Source: Calditrichia bacterium | Lineage (GTDB): Bacteria; Calditrichota; Calditrichia; JAJRVZ01 | Reading direction: 5' to 3' | Assembly (NCBI GenBank): GCA_963796965.1 | Contig: CAWCNS010000005.1 | Coordinates: 256,001 to 320,000 of the forward strand | DNA: 64,000 nucleotides | Part shown: positions 8,503 to 19,662 of the stretch, in pieces | Layout: each line of letters opens with the position of its first letter | Position numbering within the stretch: position 1 is the first letter of the stretch | Program-made: the position numbers and the translations under genes | Notes under the pieces: model-generated | The model's input: only the letters and a program-made list of their open reading frames with translations | Databases searched by the model: none | Told to the model about the DNA's origin: nothing

Positions 8503-10827
8503 TTAACTTTGCATTCTGCTTATAACTCGCTCTGTTTGATTAGTACCTGCTATTAGAAGTACCAACATTGAACCAGCTTTAATAATTATAAAAATAAGAA
8601 TGGTATCTACCATCCCAAGTAGTGGTATCATATATAAACTGACGATCATTCCAGCAAACCAGGCACCCAACAAATCGAGACTGTAAGTGATTCCGGCAGC
8701 CAGGGTTGTATTATGGCTTTTTTGATGAAACATCCTCCCAGCCAGGGGAAATTGTGATCCCATTGTGAATCCACATAATCCCGTCATGAACAATATAAAA
8801 GCGGGTATAAATTTAATTGCCATCATATTCGTATCTGTCTGATTAAAGGTGACGATGGTTGCCAGCAATAAAAGAAAGTATCCAATGAGACTTATTTCAG
8901 TAGCCAGCATGAGTATATGTTGATTATCTTTTTTTATCCACCATCTCGTTGAAATTATTCCACCAATTGCCGATCCAAACATAAAACTACCAACAATCAT
9001 ACCAATCCAAAAGTATACATATCCAAATAATGCCTGAAATGACAAAATCATGATCAAGGTTAGCCCCATACCGGTAAAACCTGAGCTCGTAATTACAGTT
9101 CCCGTAGCAATTAGTTTCTTTTCAAAGCGACTTTGGGGTAATAGAATGAGTGTGAACAACAACAGGCTTATTATAACAATGAGGTGGAAAAATTTTAATT
9201 TTTCAAACCACAAATATATCCGTGCAAAACCTGGTGATAATCTGGTGTTCCAATAGAGAAGATCATAATAAACCGCTCTGGGATTAAAATCCAAATTCTG
9301 AGTCGTTGAGATCATTTGATTCTTCTCTTGTGTAAACCACTCAGTCCGCCTTGGATCAAAGAGATGAAGTAAATATCGGTCGGATAAAGAATGGGTGGCA
9401 ATATTTCTCTTTTTCATACGTGTTGAGAGTGTGTCCTGATTGATATCTAATAAACGAAGATCGGCAGAAGCTAATACCATCATTGTCTCAAATGGAAAAA
9501 TTCGTGAGTATTGAAAGACAGAGTCAACAGATGCTAAAAGACACGTATTCAATCGCATTAGATAGGCATTAATATATGATGCCCCTCCCGGTAAATTAAA
9601 AAATAAAACACCAGAAGACGTCAGGCGGTCTTTACAGAGGGCAAAAAATTCTCTGGTATAAAATCTGTTTATTTCCAGAGTGGATGGGTCGGGTAAATTC
9701 AGGATAATTACATCATACCGTTGACTGTTGGAAACAAGAAATTGACGTCCGTCTACTTCGTGAAGATGAATCCGTGGATCACTTAAATAATCAAAACCAA
9801 AATCCGGAATATTTCTTAGAATAATGTCAGATAGCACTGGATCTAGTTCTGCATAATCAATATTTATTAAGGGATGTTTTATCATCTCCTTTAGCACACC
9901 ATTAAGACCTCCCCCTACTAATAGTGCTGAATTCGGTTCCGGGTGAAATAGAAGTGGAAGGTGGGCCGTATTCTCTATATCTGAAATATTAGAACCAGGA
10001 AAAGAAAGTAAGGGTACGCCATTTGAAAGTAATTCGAATTGTTCATCTCTCTTAAGAAGTAAAGAATTACCATAAATTGAATTTTGTGATGCAACAACCT
10101 GGTAGCCAGGCCATTGAAGCGCTCTTGATTTAATATTAATCGAAGTAGGAAGGCCTATTTGATAAAATATTGCTAAGACAAAAAGAAGCAGTAAATGAAG
10201 GATCCTGAGATATTTGGAAAAAGAACTATAAGGATCATCATCTTTTTTGAGTAAGAGAAAGCCAGAAATAGAGTTCAGTATCGAGAGCAGAAATACAGAT
10301 TGAAAAATATTGAGGTGTGTTAAACAATAATAAGTGACAACTACACCGCCAACTAAACTGCCGAAGGCTTCAAAAATATAAACAGTACCTATTGTACTAT
10401 ATGTATCCTTATTATAGGTAGATAATAACCGACAGCCCAAACTAAATTGAGCACCATTAATTAATGCAATAGGAATCAGAAGTATCATTGAGGCGACAAA
10501 TAACAGGGGAATCGGGATCGCTTCACCGATGCTTGTTGATAAGTTTAATTTGAAAATGCGTGTACAATAAATGATAAGAGGCAAGCAAACTGCAAGAAGT
10601 AATTGGAGGGTAGCGAAAGCGAAAGCAGGCAGACGAATCTTTTTAGTAAAACGTCCCCCTAAATAACTACCGATTGCTTCCAATAGAAGCCAATTTGATA
10701 GAAAAACTCCAATGCTCAGTTCATTTCCAGAAAATGTAACCAGAAACTCGCGGATAATCAGAACCTGAGATAGGATAGCATAAAAACCTGTCAGGATCAG
10801 TGCGAATAGTATTCGGGTAGGGGGCAT
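8503..10827 (-). CDS. Membrane-embedded spermidine-synthase-like SAM-binding protein (TM - synthase domain - TM)
   Basis: GNELSIG, LLVGGG..G, DYAELDP, VDGRQFL, YDVIILNLPDP, NRFYTREFF. Confidence 0.8.
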   Translation of the reverse strand: MPPTRILFALILTGFYAILSQVLIIREFLVTFSGNELSIGVFLSNWLLLEAIGSYLGGRFTKKIRLPAFAFATLQLLLAVCLPLIIYCTRIFKLNLSTSIGEAIPIPLLFVASMILLIPIALINGAQFSLGCRLLSTYNKDTYSTIGTVYIFEAFGSLVGGVVVTYYCLTHLNIFQSVFLLSILNSISGFLLLKKDDDPYSSFSKYLRILHLLLLFVLAIFYQIGLPTSINIKSRALQWPGYQVVASQNSIYGNSLLLKRDEQFELLSNGVPLLSFPGSNISDIENTAHLPLLFHPEPNSALLVGGGLNGVLKEMIKHPLINIDYAELDPVLSDIILRNIPDFGFDYLSDPRIHLHEVDGRQFLVSNSQRYDVIILNLPDPSTLEINRFYTREFFALCKDRLTSSGVLFFNLPGGASYINAYLMRLNTCLLASVDSVFQYSRIFPFETMMVLASADLRLLDINQDTLSTRMKKRNIATHSLSDRYLLHLFDPRRTEWFTQEKNQMISTTQNLDFNPRAVYYDLLYWNTRLSPGFARIYLWFEKLKFFHLIVIISLLLFTLILLPQSRFEKKLIATGTVITSSGFTGMGLTLIMILSFQALFGYVYFWIGMIVGSFMFGSAIGGIISTRWWIKKDNQHILMLATEISLIGYFLLLLATIVTFNQTDTNMMAIKFIPAFILFMTGLCGFTMGSQFPLAGRMFHQKSHNTTLAAGITYSLDLLGAWFAGMIVSLYMIPLLGMVDTILIFIIIKAGSMLVLLIAGTNQTERVISRMQS

Positions 10828-10833
10828 AGAAAT

Positions 10834-11316
10834 TTATCGGCGCCAGGTTACTTCAATATATTCTTCTCCGTCAAGATAATTAAAGTCAAAATTACCTTTA
10901 TAAGCGCGAGAGAGGGCTTCGCCTATTCGCCGGGCAATATGAATGCCGGTTGTCGTTAGAATCGTTTCATTCTTATTAGATTTTATAGTCATTATTCTTT
11001 CCAATGGGTGCTCGTTTTTCTCCTGATTTTCAATATTTTGAATTAAATTTGATATTTCATCCTGGTGATCATAATAAAATTCACCGCTTAATTTTATTCT
11101 TCCGGCAGGATAGTTATCAGCGCTTCGTTTGCATGCCGGGCAAAGAATTTTATGAGCATTTGCCGGGATATCTTTCCATACCCAGCGTCCATTTGAAAAT
11201 ACGAGGCCGCATTTTTCGCATGATGTTGGTTCTGGTAATTTAGACAATTTTAAATAAGTGTCATGTCTCTTCTGTTTAATTAGGCGATCTTTTCTCCCAT
11301 AGGATATTTTATTCAT
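10834..11316 (-). CDS. BCAM0308-family protein (two CxxC motifs)
   Basis: EPTSCEKCG..F.NGRW.W, LCPAC, EHPLERIM, TTGIHIARRIG. Confidence 0.75.
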   Translation of the reverse strand: MNKISYGRKDRLIKQKRHDTYLKLSKLPEPTSCEKCGLVFSNGRWVWKDIPANAHKILCPACKRSADNYPAGRIKLSGEFYYDHQDEISNLIQNIENQEKNEHPLERIMTIKSNKNETILTTTGIHIARRIGEALSRAYKGNFDFNYLDGEEYIEVTWRR

Positions 11317-11459
11317 AGATTAGTTCCCCTTTTCTATGTGTAATAGATGTTATCTCCTGATAGATTTGAAAATCTTGATTTAAAGATCATTGATATTAAT
11401 GATAGTTATCTCCTTTTTTAATACCAAGCGGATGTGGATAATTTTTCGATTACCTGATC

Positions 11460-11756
11460 TTACCCCGGTTCATGAATATAGGGATGCCCAAGTTCCCGAA
11501 ATGAAAAATGGTAGAATACATTATGTCCGTTATAATCGAGTACACGCAAATCATCTGTTTGCTGAACATCATTCATAATTGCTTGAAAATGGGTCCCATA
11601 TATATCCCTAACAAGATTGATAGGTAAATCGTAGGCGAGAAATTTTTTTATCCCTTTGGACCGGAGTTTATCTAAAAAGTTTGGATCTTCTAGAGATTGG
11701 TAGGTAGTTAGAATTAAAAGTGGACCTGAGCCGGTAAATATTACAACTGCCTTCAT
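11460..11756 (-). CDS. Conserved hypothetical cytosolic protein
   Basis: FTGSGP.LILT, KGIKKF, DLRVLDYNGH; RBS ggagg. Confidence 0.6.
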   Translation of the reverse strand: MKAVVIFTGSGPLLILTTYQSLEDPNFLDKLRSKGIKKFLAYDLPINLVRDIYGTHFQAIMNDVQQTDDLRVLDYNGHNVFYHFSFRELGHPYIHEPG

Positions 11757-11976
11757 CGGATGATCCTCCTTGGAAATTAATTTAGGATAGTAATTACGAA
11801 TTCATTATTCTGCAAGAATGTAAATGACCTTAGAAGCATCTCATCCCTCAAAAAGGATGTCTTTAACGGTTATTAGAAGCAAACTGAGAAGTAAATAAAA
11901 TTATAGTAGGTGTTTTAAACAATCGTCTTATCACATTATCATTTCTGAATAAAATATAAGAAGTATTATTTGTAAA

Positions 11977-13552
11977 TCAAGTAGATTTAGATATGATTCT
12001 ACTCATTGCCCTTTCGCTAAGTGCTGTAATTGTTAATGCCGGATTTACACCAGGGTTTGCTGAAATCATTGAGGCATCACAGATATACATGTTTTTATAT
12101 CCAAATACTCTGTTATCCCTATCGATTACCCCCTCATCCTCATTTTCGCCCATCACTGCACCACCTAGAATATGGGCCGTGAGTGGAATACCAAATAATG
12201 ATTCTGTCAGAAGCATTGATGTTTTTCCATCAACAATCCCTGCATATTCTTCAGCTGAATTCTTTTGCCTCTGATATAAAGGTTGGAGGATTCTCTCCTT
12301 GCTCAATCTTTGATTTTGTCCCAAATGATCCCTTGACAAAACGCAGGGTTGTGTTGATTGTTTGCATGAAAAGGAGGATCTGTGTTCGTTTGGCCCAATC
12401 GTCGACAAAAAAAACACGAAAGTTTTTTATGGGATGTTTAATCCAATCCCATAGAATAAGGGCAACGCGGGTAAAAATATTTCTACCATAAGTCATAGGC
12501 GCAAGAAGAAGACGCCAGGCTCCCGAGCCAGCAGGATACCGTACAGGTTCCAAATGGCTGAACTTATCGGTATGCAGAATAGAGCCAATAGCAATACCAT
12601 CAGAAAATACTGTGTCGTGATTATATACTGTAATTCCACTAAGACTCTCCGAATTTGTCCTTATATGGCAACCGACCTTCCTGGAGAGATTAGGCAGAGA
12701 CTTCTCTCTCAGTTTAAGTAATAGAGGCACAGTTCCTAATACACCACCCGCAAAAACGATTCCTTTACAGGTATACGTTCCCTTCCCTTTTAGGAATGAG
12801 AGAGAGTTCCGCCAGAATATCTTATATCCCTGTGATCCATCCTCTGGACCTCGTGTTTGTACATCATACACTTTTGACTCTGCCTGAATTTTTGCCCCTC
12901 TTTTTTGGGCAAGGTATAGATAATTTTTATCGAGGGTGTTTTTTGCATTATGGCGACAACCAACCATACATCCTCCACAAAAATTGCAGCCTGTCCGTTT
13001 GGGACCTTCGCCACCAAAATAGGGGTCGGGTACAGTCTCATCTGATTTGCCGAAAAAAACAGCAACCTCAGTAGGTTGGAATTGGTCCTCTCTGTTTAAT
13101 TTTTTTGATAATTCCTGCAATGCCAGATCCCCTACTTGCAGGCTGGGATTTTTTGTAGCGCCTAACATAGTGAGTGCTGTTTGGTAATGCTCTTTCAATT
13201 CCTCTTCCCAGTCAGCAAGCTGCGACCAGGTATCTGCTTTAAAATATTCACGTCGCGGAACCGGGAGTGTATTGGCATATACGAGTGAGCCACCGCCTAC
13301 ACCTACACCAGATAATATTGATATATGACGGAAATAAGTGATCTTAAAAAAACCAAAGAATCTGAGGATAGGCACCCATAACCATCGCTTTAAATTCCAA
13401 TTTGATTTAGGAAAGTCATTTGAAGAGAACCATTTGCCTTTTTCAATCACCAACACACGGTACCCTTTTTCGGATAAGCGTAGAGCAGCCACTGATCCTC
13501 CGAAACCTGACCCTATCACAACATAATCATAATCATAATTTTGTTCCATCAT
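11977..13552 (-). CDS. GMC oxidoreductase / cholesterol oxidase-like; one frameshift near 12260
   Basis: IGSGFGGSV FAD motif, GVGGGSLVYAN, CNFCGGCMVGC, TAHILGGA, GVNPALTITALSER across two ORFs. Confidence 0.85.
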
Positions 13553-13831
13553 AACCCCTAACGTCACAATAAAAACACCAGAATTGTATCATAAAATTAT
13601 CACCCAAAGTCTATATTGTTTAGCATAGTATCAATTGGAATATCGGAATAAAGTAAAAAGTAAAAAGGAAAAAGTAAAAGACATCTTTAATTTGAAACGA
13701 AAAAAAATTGCAATCTTTTAATAATCTATATCTCGAATATGATAATATTAATAATACCCTTGCTTTCGATTTAGTCAAAATTTAAATTACCTTCTTGTAT
13801 TTAGAATAAAATTGTGAATGGATTATCAATT

Positions 13832-14596
13832 ATGGGAAGAATTATTGCTATTGCCAATCAAAAAGGTGGGGTAGGAAAAACCACCACGGCAATAAATTTA
13901 TCCAGCTGTCTGGCTATAGCTGAGAAGCGTGTCTTACTCATTGATATAGATCCTCAGGCAAATGCTTCAAGTGGATTAGGAATGTCTTTGAAAGAAGATG
14001 AGCCAAGTACCTACGAGTTGTTGCTGGGAGAGATGCAGATCGATGATGTTATTACAGAAACAAATGTACCATTTCTGGATATCGTCCCATCTCATATTAG
14101 ATTGGTGGGTTCAGAGGTTGAATTAATAAATTCCGAAAACCGTGAAAACCGGTTGAAAGAAAAACTTAAAGAAATCAGTAATAATTACGAGTATGTATTT
14201 ATTGATTGTCCACCTTCTCTGGGATTGTTAACCATTAATGCCCTCACAGCGGCTGATACAGTATTAATGCCCATTCAATGCGAATACTACGCTTTAGAGG
14301 GACTTAGCCAGTTATTGAACACGATTCATCTTGTTCAGAGAAACCTGAATAAGTCTCTTGCTATTGAAGGGGTTCTTTTAACCATGTACGATAATCGCCT
14401 GAACCTCTCACAACAAGTTGCTGCGGAAGTCAGGGATTATTTCAAAGAAAAAGTTTACAAGACTATTATCAGGCGTAATGTTCGGCTTGGTGAGGCACCA
14501 AGTTTTGGCAAGCCGATTGTTATGTATGATGCTGTTAGCAGCGGCACTCAAAACTATATTAGTCTCGCAGAGGAAATTATAAATAATGAAAACTAA
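13832..14596 (+). CDS. parA: Chromosome partitioning ATPase ParA/Soj
   Basis: NQKGGVGKTT, DIDPQAN, IDCPPSLG. Confidence 0.95.
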   Translation: MGRIIAIANQKGGVGKTTTAINLSSCLAIAEKRVLLIDIDPQANASSGLGMSLKEDEPSTYELLLGEMQIDDVITETNVPFLDIVPSHIRLVGSEVELINSENRENRLKEKLKEISNNYEYVFIDCPPSLGLLTINALTAADTVLMPIQCEYYALEGLSQLLNTIHLVQRNLNKSLAIEGVLLTMYDNRLNLSQQVAAEVRDYFKEKVYKTIIRRNVRLGEAPSFGKPIVMYDAVSSGTQNYISLAEEIINNEN

Positions 14597-15455
14597 AAGA
14601 CTGGGGAAAGGCCTCGGGGCATTAATACCCGACCAGGCACCTGAAAGCACACCCGTGGCCACTAATAGTGATAATCTGATTCAGGTTAAAGTGACTGATG
14701 TAAGACCAAATCCTTATCAGCCCCGGGTTAAGTTTGAGGAAAAAGCATTAACCGAATTAAAAGATTCCATTAAAGAAAAAGGCTTAATTCAACCAATAAC
14801 GATCAGACGTAAAAATTCACATTTTGAACTAATTGCCGGAGAACGACGGTTACGTGCAGCCATAGAGGTTGGATTCGAAAAAATACCAGCTTATATAATG
14901 AAGGTTGAGAGCAAAGAGGAAATGCTTGAGCTGGCGATTATAGAAAATGTTCAACGTGAACGTCTTGACCCTATTGAGCAAGCCAGCGCCTATCAGCGCT
15001 TAATTGATGAATGTAACCTTACACAAGATGAGGTTGCTCAGAAGATTGGAAAAGAAAGGTCTACAATTACAAATATGCTCAGGCTTCTGCGTCTTCCCGG
15101 ATCCATACAAGAAAGTGTCGCAAAAGGAGAGATTTCTGTAGGACATGCCCGAACGCTCTTATCTCTTGATTCAAAAGAGAGTCAAATACAATTGTGGAAG
15201 AAATTACTTAAAAATGAGTACTCGGTCAGAAAACTCGAAAAAATTGTAAAAGAACTGGATGCGATTAAGCAGATGAAATCTATATCATCAAAAAGAAAAT
15301 CTGTGCATGTAGTTAAAATAGAAGAAAAATTACGAAATTTACTGGGAACCAAGGTGTCGGTCAGATCAAAAAATGAGGGAGGTTCAATCGAAATAGAATT
15401 CTATTCTCCTGAAGATTTGAGCCGGTTGATAGAGATCTTTGACCATATTGAGTAA
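14586..15455 (+). CDS. parB: Chromosome partitioning protein ParB/Spo0J
   Basis: RLGKGLGALI, PNPYQPR, IAGERRLRA, ENVQRE. Confidence 0.95.
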   Translation: MKTKRLGKGLGALIPDQAPESTPVATNSDNLIQVKVTDVRPNPYQPRVKFEEKALTELKDSIKEKGLIQPITIRRKNSHFELIAGERRLRAAIEVGFEKIPAYIMKVESKEEMLELAIIENVQRERLDPIEQASAYQRLIDECNLTQDEVAQKIGKERSTITNMLRLLRLPGSIQESVAKGEISVGHARTLLSLDSKESQIQLWKKLLKNEYSVRKLEKIVKELDAIKQMKSISSKRKSVHVVKIEEKLRNLLGTKVSVRSKNEGGSIEIEFYSPEDLSRLIEIFDHIE

Positions 15456-15537
15456 TTCCAAAGGTGATTATTTTTTGCATTATTTTTGGCGAAAACCTAA
15501 ATTTAAATGCTTTATTTATTAATAGTTAAGGCTAATC

Positions 15538-16341
15538 TTGAAAAATAGAAAAAGAAAAACCAAGTATTATACATTCCTTTTAATTCCCGATAATGAGAAG
15601 GCGACAAAAAGTCTGAAATTGGGGATATCGGTTATACGTGTTTTGGTAATTCTTCTCATAATTACACTTATACTTGTTGCCACCGGTGCTGCAACTTATT
15701 GGAAAGTTGCGGAAGTTGCACTTGACTATAATCGATTATCTGAAGAAAATATGCAATTAAAGAAGAGTCTTGCTAAGGTTGCGGACTTACAGGCCGATAT
15801 TGATAAATTGAAGCAGGTTGATCAGAAACTGCGATCATCACTTTCTGGTTATGTTACGATGGTCGATGTAGAAGGTACCGATCCTGATAACATATTTGCA
15901 ACGGGTATTGAAAGTATAGGCGGTTTGAAACATGATCGATCAATATTCACCAGTATTCCGGCAGAAATTCCCTTAAAGGGTTTTACCACAAGGGGATTTG
16001 AAACCGGGGCTATTCTTAGCAATGCCCATATTGGAATAGATATTGCGGCTGAGATGGGATCTCCAATTAAGGCCACTGCAGATGGTATGGTTATATTTGC
16101 TGGATGGACTTTTCATGACGGATACATGGTCATTCTTAAACATAAATTTAACTTTTTCTCGTTCTATAAACATAACCAACAGAATTTGTGTCAGGAACTT
16201 GAGCAAGTACAAAAAGGGCAGGTTATAGCTTTACTTGGTGATACCGGACAAATTACATCCGGTGCTCATCTTCATTTTGAGATCTGGCAAGGCTCCATGC
16301 CTCTGGATCCTATAACATTTTTACAAATGGGTGACATCTAA
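15538..16341 (+). CDS. M23 family metallopeptidase with TM and coiled coil
   Basis: HIGIDIAA and HLHFEI motifs. Confidence 0.9.
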   Translation: MKNRKRKTKYYTFLLIPDNEKATKSLKLGISVIRVLVILLIITLILVATGAATYWKVAEVALDYNRLSEENMQLKKSLAKVADLQADIDKLKQVDQKLRSSLSGYVTMVDVEGTDPDNIFATGIESIGGLKHDRSIFTSIPAEIPLKGFTTRGFETGAILSNAHIGIDIAAEMGSPIKATADGMVIFAGWTFHDGYMVILKHKFNFFSFYKHNQQNLCQELEQVQKGQVIALLGDTGQITSGAHLHFEIWQGSMPLDPITFLQMGDI

Positions 16342-16364
16342 AAAAATTTTGAAAGGACAAGACA

Positions 16365-16773
16365 TTGGCAATTAAAGATCATGCATCCGAATCCTCCTCG
16401 ACAGAATTAAACTTTTTTGGAAATGGTACTGTGGTTGAGGGTACAATCCGGACGACCAATAGTGTCCGCGTAGATGGGAAAATTAAAGGAAAATTGCAGT
16501 GTAAAAATACCCTTACTGTCGGTGTCAATGGTATCATTGAGGGTGAGGTTGAAGCTGAAAAATGCTATTATCGGCGGGAAGATAAATGGTAAAATAAAAG
16601 TAGCCGAGAAATTGGTCCTTGAGGCTAAATCTATACTGATTGGTGATCTTAAAGCCAGCAAGTTGCTCATCGATGAAGGTGCTGTGTTTGAAGGTACTTC
16701 TGATATGGGCAAAAAAGAGCCGGAAGAGCAGTCGAACAAACCTGCATCATTATTAGAAAAAACTTCTTCCTGA
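16365..16773 (+). CDS. Bactofilin (polymer-forming cytoskeletal protein); frameshift near 16560
   Basis: VEG.I...VRVDGKIKG...GIIEGEV continues as NAIIGGKING...GDL...IDEGAVFEG. Confidence 0.85.
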
Positions 16774-16780
16774 TTAATAC

Positions 16781-17032
16781 ATGGAATCAAAGGACTCTGA
16801 TCGTGTATCATCTATAAAAGGGGCGGCAGCATCCTTTCAGAAAGCGGCACCCTATATTAGTATATCCTATGTGTTAATTGCATCGATCGCATTATTGGGT
16901 GGTATTGGATGGTGGGTTGATAAATACTTTACCTCAAGCCCGCTCTTTTTCGTCCTCGGTGTTTTAGGTGGGCTGTTTCTTGGTCTGTATAATTTGTTTA
17001 AAGTAGTAAAAAAACTGGAAAATCAGGATTGA
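16781..17032 (+). CDS. AtpZ/AtpI-family small membrane protein
   Basis: GWWVDKYF..SP.F...G...G; first gene of the atp cluster. Confidence 0.75.
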   Translation: MESKDSDRVSSIKGAAASFQKAAPYISISYVLIASIALLGGIGWWVDKYFTSSPLFFVLGVLGGLFLGLYNLFKVVKKLENQD

Positions 17033-17409
17033 TCGGTTCTTTTTTAAAGAGAATTACAGTTTCACTGATAATTGGATTTTTTTTTATATTTATTATTTCT
17101 AAATTTGTGTCTCTTGGCGATACTGTGTGGGGCGCATTGATAGCAGCAACGGTGTGTGCCCTCATCTATGTATTGAGTGGATATTTTTCTTTTTATTTTG
17201 CATTTACCCGGAGTCAACAATTATTTGTCCGGGTATTTATCTATAGTCTGGCGGCGAGGTTTATTCTTGCTTTGTTTTTGATTGTTGTTGTACTAAAGTT
17301 CACAAATGTGGACCAAGCGTATTTTTTAGTTTTATTCTTTGTCTGGTATTTTGTATTTCAAATTTTAGAAGTTTTAAGTCTGAAGAATTTATCAAGGAAG
17401 AAAGCATAA
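17029..17409 (+). CDS. atpI: ATP synthase protein I
   Basis: Four-TM protein directly before atpB. Confidence 0.6.
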   Translation: MIGSFLKRITVSLIIGFFFIFIISKFVSLGDTVWGALIAATVCALIYVLSGYFSFYFAFTRSQQLFVRVFIYSLAARFILALFLIVVVLKFTNVDQAYFLVLFFVWYFVFQILEVLSLKNLSRKKA

Positions 17410-17412
17410 TTT

Positions 17413-18264
17413 ATGATGATTCTATCTGCCCTTACCTCTACACCTGCCGGTGGACATGAAGCGAAAGAAGAAAATGTCGGTGAATTTATCATTCATCATG
17501 TGCAAAACTCCACTGAGTGGAACATTTTTGGATATCATCTTCAATTGCCTCAATTCGAGCCGGTTACAATTTTAGGTATGCAAATAGATTTTTCAATTAC
17601 CAATCACGTAGTTATGATCTGGATTGCTGCACTTTTTCTTCTCTTATCATTCGGATTGTCCTTCAGAAAGAAGCCATTAGTTCCTAAGGGATTTGCCTCC
17701 TTGCTTGAAATGTTGGTCTTGTTCATAAGGGACGAAATTGCCATACCTAATTTGGGTGAGAAAGACGGAAGGAAATTTACACCTCTAATAGGGACATTTT
17801 TCTTTTTTGTGCTCACCTGTAATCTGATGGGTTTGATTCCACTCTTCACAACGCCCACAGGAAATATTAATATTACCGCTGCACTCGCTTTAATTACTTT
17901 GGGAGCAGGACAGGTCTTTGGAATTCAACGGAATGGATTAATTACTCATTTCAAATCCCTTGTTCCTTCCGGTGTGCCGGTGGCATTAGTTCCTTTAATG
18001 TTTGTTATAGAATTGATGGGATTGTTGGCCAAGCATTTTGCCCTGCTAATGCGATTATTTGCCAATATGGTCGCAGGACATATTGTTATCTTTGCCTTTT
18101 TAGCCCTGGTTTTTATTCTGAAGTCGGTATTTGTTGCGCCCTTTTCAATAGGATTTGCAATATTCGTTAATTTTCTGGAAATCCTGGTCGCCTTTATCCA
18201 GGCCTATGTTTTTACAATGTTATCAACTTTATTTATCGGAATGTCAGTGCATCCCGATCATTAA
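17413..18264 (+). CDS. atpB: F0F1 ATP synthase subunit a
   Basis: NLMGLIP, RLFANMVAGH, IQAYVFTML. Confidence 0.97.
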   Translation: MMILSALTSTPAGGHEAKEENVGEFIIHHVQNSTEWNIFGYHLQLPQFEPVTILGMQIDFSITNHVVMIWIAALFLLLSFGLSFRKKPLVPKGFASLLEMLVLFIRDEIAIPNLGEKDGRKFTPLIGTFFFFVLTCNLMGLIPLFTTPTGNINITAALALITLGAGQVFGIQRNGLITHFKSLVPSGVPVALVPLMFVIELMGLLAKHFALLMRLFANMVAGHIVIFAFLALVFILKSVFVAPFSIGFAIFVNFLEILVAFIQAYVFTMLSTLFIGMSVHPDH

Positions 18265-18323
18265 TAGATAGAAACAATACAAGTAGTTCATTTTAAATCA
18301 TAACCTTTAGGAGGATTTATTCA

Positions 18324-18557
18324 ATGTCTGATTTAGCAATGGCTTTTGCCTATCTGGCAGCTGGTATCGGAGCAGGAATTGTTACCCTTGGAGCAGGTCT
18401 GGGAATCGGTAAAATAGCGTCTGCCGCAATGGACGGGACTGCACGCCAGCCAGAAGCAACAAATGAAATCCGTACAACAATGATTATTGCTGCAGCATTA
18501 ATTGAAGGAGTTGCTTTGATTGGTGCAGTGGCTTGTCTTCTGCTTAGTTTTAAATAA
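18324..18557 (+). CDS. atpE: F0F1 ATP synthase subunit c
   Basis: GAGLGIG, ARQPE, ALIEG. Confidence 0.97.
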   Translation: MSDLAMAFAYLAAGIGAGIVTLGAGLGIGKIASAAMDGTARQPEATNEIRTTMIIAAALIEGVALIGAVACLLLSFK

Positions 18558-18580
18558 TCCAAACTGCAGGGAATTATTCT

Positions 18581-19075
18581 ATGTTAGATTTAGATCCTGG
18601 TGTAATGATCTGGGCGTGGATCACTTTTTTTGTCTTATTAATCATGCTCTATAAAATTGCCTGGAAACCAATTCTTTCTACTATTGATAAACGGGAAAAA
18701 ACGATTCAGGATTCTCTGGATCGGGCGGAAAAAGCAAAAGAAGAGGCAGAGGAAATGTTGGAAAAACATAATGCCTTGATGCGGACAGCTGAGGAAGACG
18801 CACAAAAATTGCTGAAGGAAAACCGTGAACTCGCCGAAAAATCCCGTCAGGAATTATTGGAAGAGACCAGACAAAGCGCTGAGAAGATGATCAGTAAAGC
18901 CAAATCGGAAATTGAGAAAGAAAAAAGCGATGCTTTAGTCACGCTGCGCAACGAAGTCGCTGACCTGGCTATTAATGCTACAAAAATAATAATTGGTGAG
19001 TCACTCGATGAGGGAAAACAAAAGACAATCGTGAGTGAATTCATGGAAAAAATGCCCAAATCCACCCAAAATTAG
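18581..19075 (+). CDS. atpF: F0F1 ATP synthase subunit b
   Basis: N-terminal TM, AWKPI...REKTI, coiled coil. Confidence 0.95.
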   Translation: MLDLDPGVMIWAWITFFVLLIMLYKIAWKPILSTIDKREKTIQDSLDRAEKAKEEAEEMLEKHNALMRTAEEDAQKLLKENRELAEKSRQELLEETRQSAEKMISKAKSEIEKEKSDALVTLRNEVADLAINATKIIIGESLDEGKQKTIVSEFMEKMPKSTQN

Positions 19076-19088
19076 CCGGAGAAAAAGA

Positions 19089-19622
19089 TTGAGTCGTGTC
19101 GCCATTCGATACAGTAAAGCACTCTTTCAACTGGCCAGAGAAGAAAATCTGGTCATGGAGGTCCAGTCTGATCTGGAAGTGATTAAAGAAACCTGTATCT
19201 CAGATCCCGAATTTCATGAAATGTTAAATAGTCCTATAATCGAAGAATATGCAAAGGCAAATGTCCTGAAAAATCTCTTTGCAGACAAGGTTAATCAACT
19301 TACCTTTCGTTTTTTAGAGCTGTTGAGTAAAAAACGGCGAAGTGGTTTCTTGCTTGAAATGATTGAGCGGTTTATGGAGAGTGTCCTGGATTATCAGGGA
19401 ATTCTGGCCGGAACTCTTGTTGCCAGTAATGCATTAGATCCGGCTCAGGTGGACGAAATCAGGAAAAAGGTTGAGGTCTTAACCGGTAAAAAGGTTCTGC
19501 TCTCTGAACAAATTGATCCATCTATGATTGGTGGCTTTACAGTTAAAATTAAAGATACGGTTATCGATCTCTCTATAAAAACACAACTGGAAAAGCTACG
19601 CGCGCATCTTGTGCATGGGTAA
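19089..19622 (+). CDS. atpH: F0F1 ATP synthase subunit delta
   Basis: VAIRYSKALF, IDPSMIGG, IDLSIK; probable TTG start. Confidence 0.93.
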   Translation: MSRVAIRYSKALFQLAREENLVMEVQSDLEVIKETCISDPEFHEMLNSPIIEEYAKANVLKNLFADKVNQLTFRFLELLSKKRRSGFLLEMIERFMESVLDYQGILAGTLVASNALDPAQVDEIRKKVEVLTGKKVLLSEQIDPSMIGGFTVKIKDTVIDLSIKTQLEKLRAHLVHG

Positions 19623-19662
19623 AGTATTGATACTGAAAATTTTTTAATAAAGGATAGAATAA

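Noticed and set aside
18324..18557. Na+-translocating ATP synthase
   Set aside because: Subunit c has IEGV rather than the E-S/T Na+ signature and lacks the helix-1 Gln/Glu; probably H+-coupled
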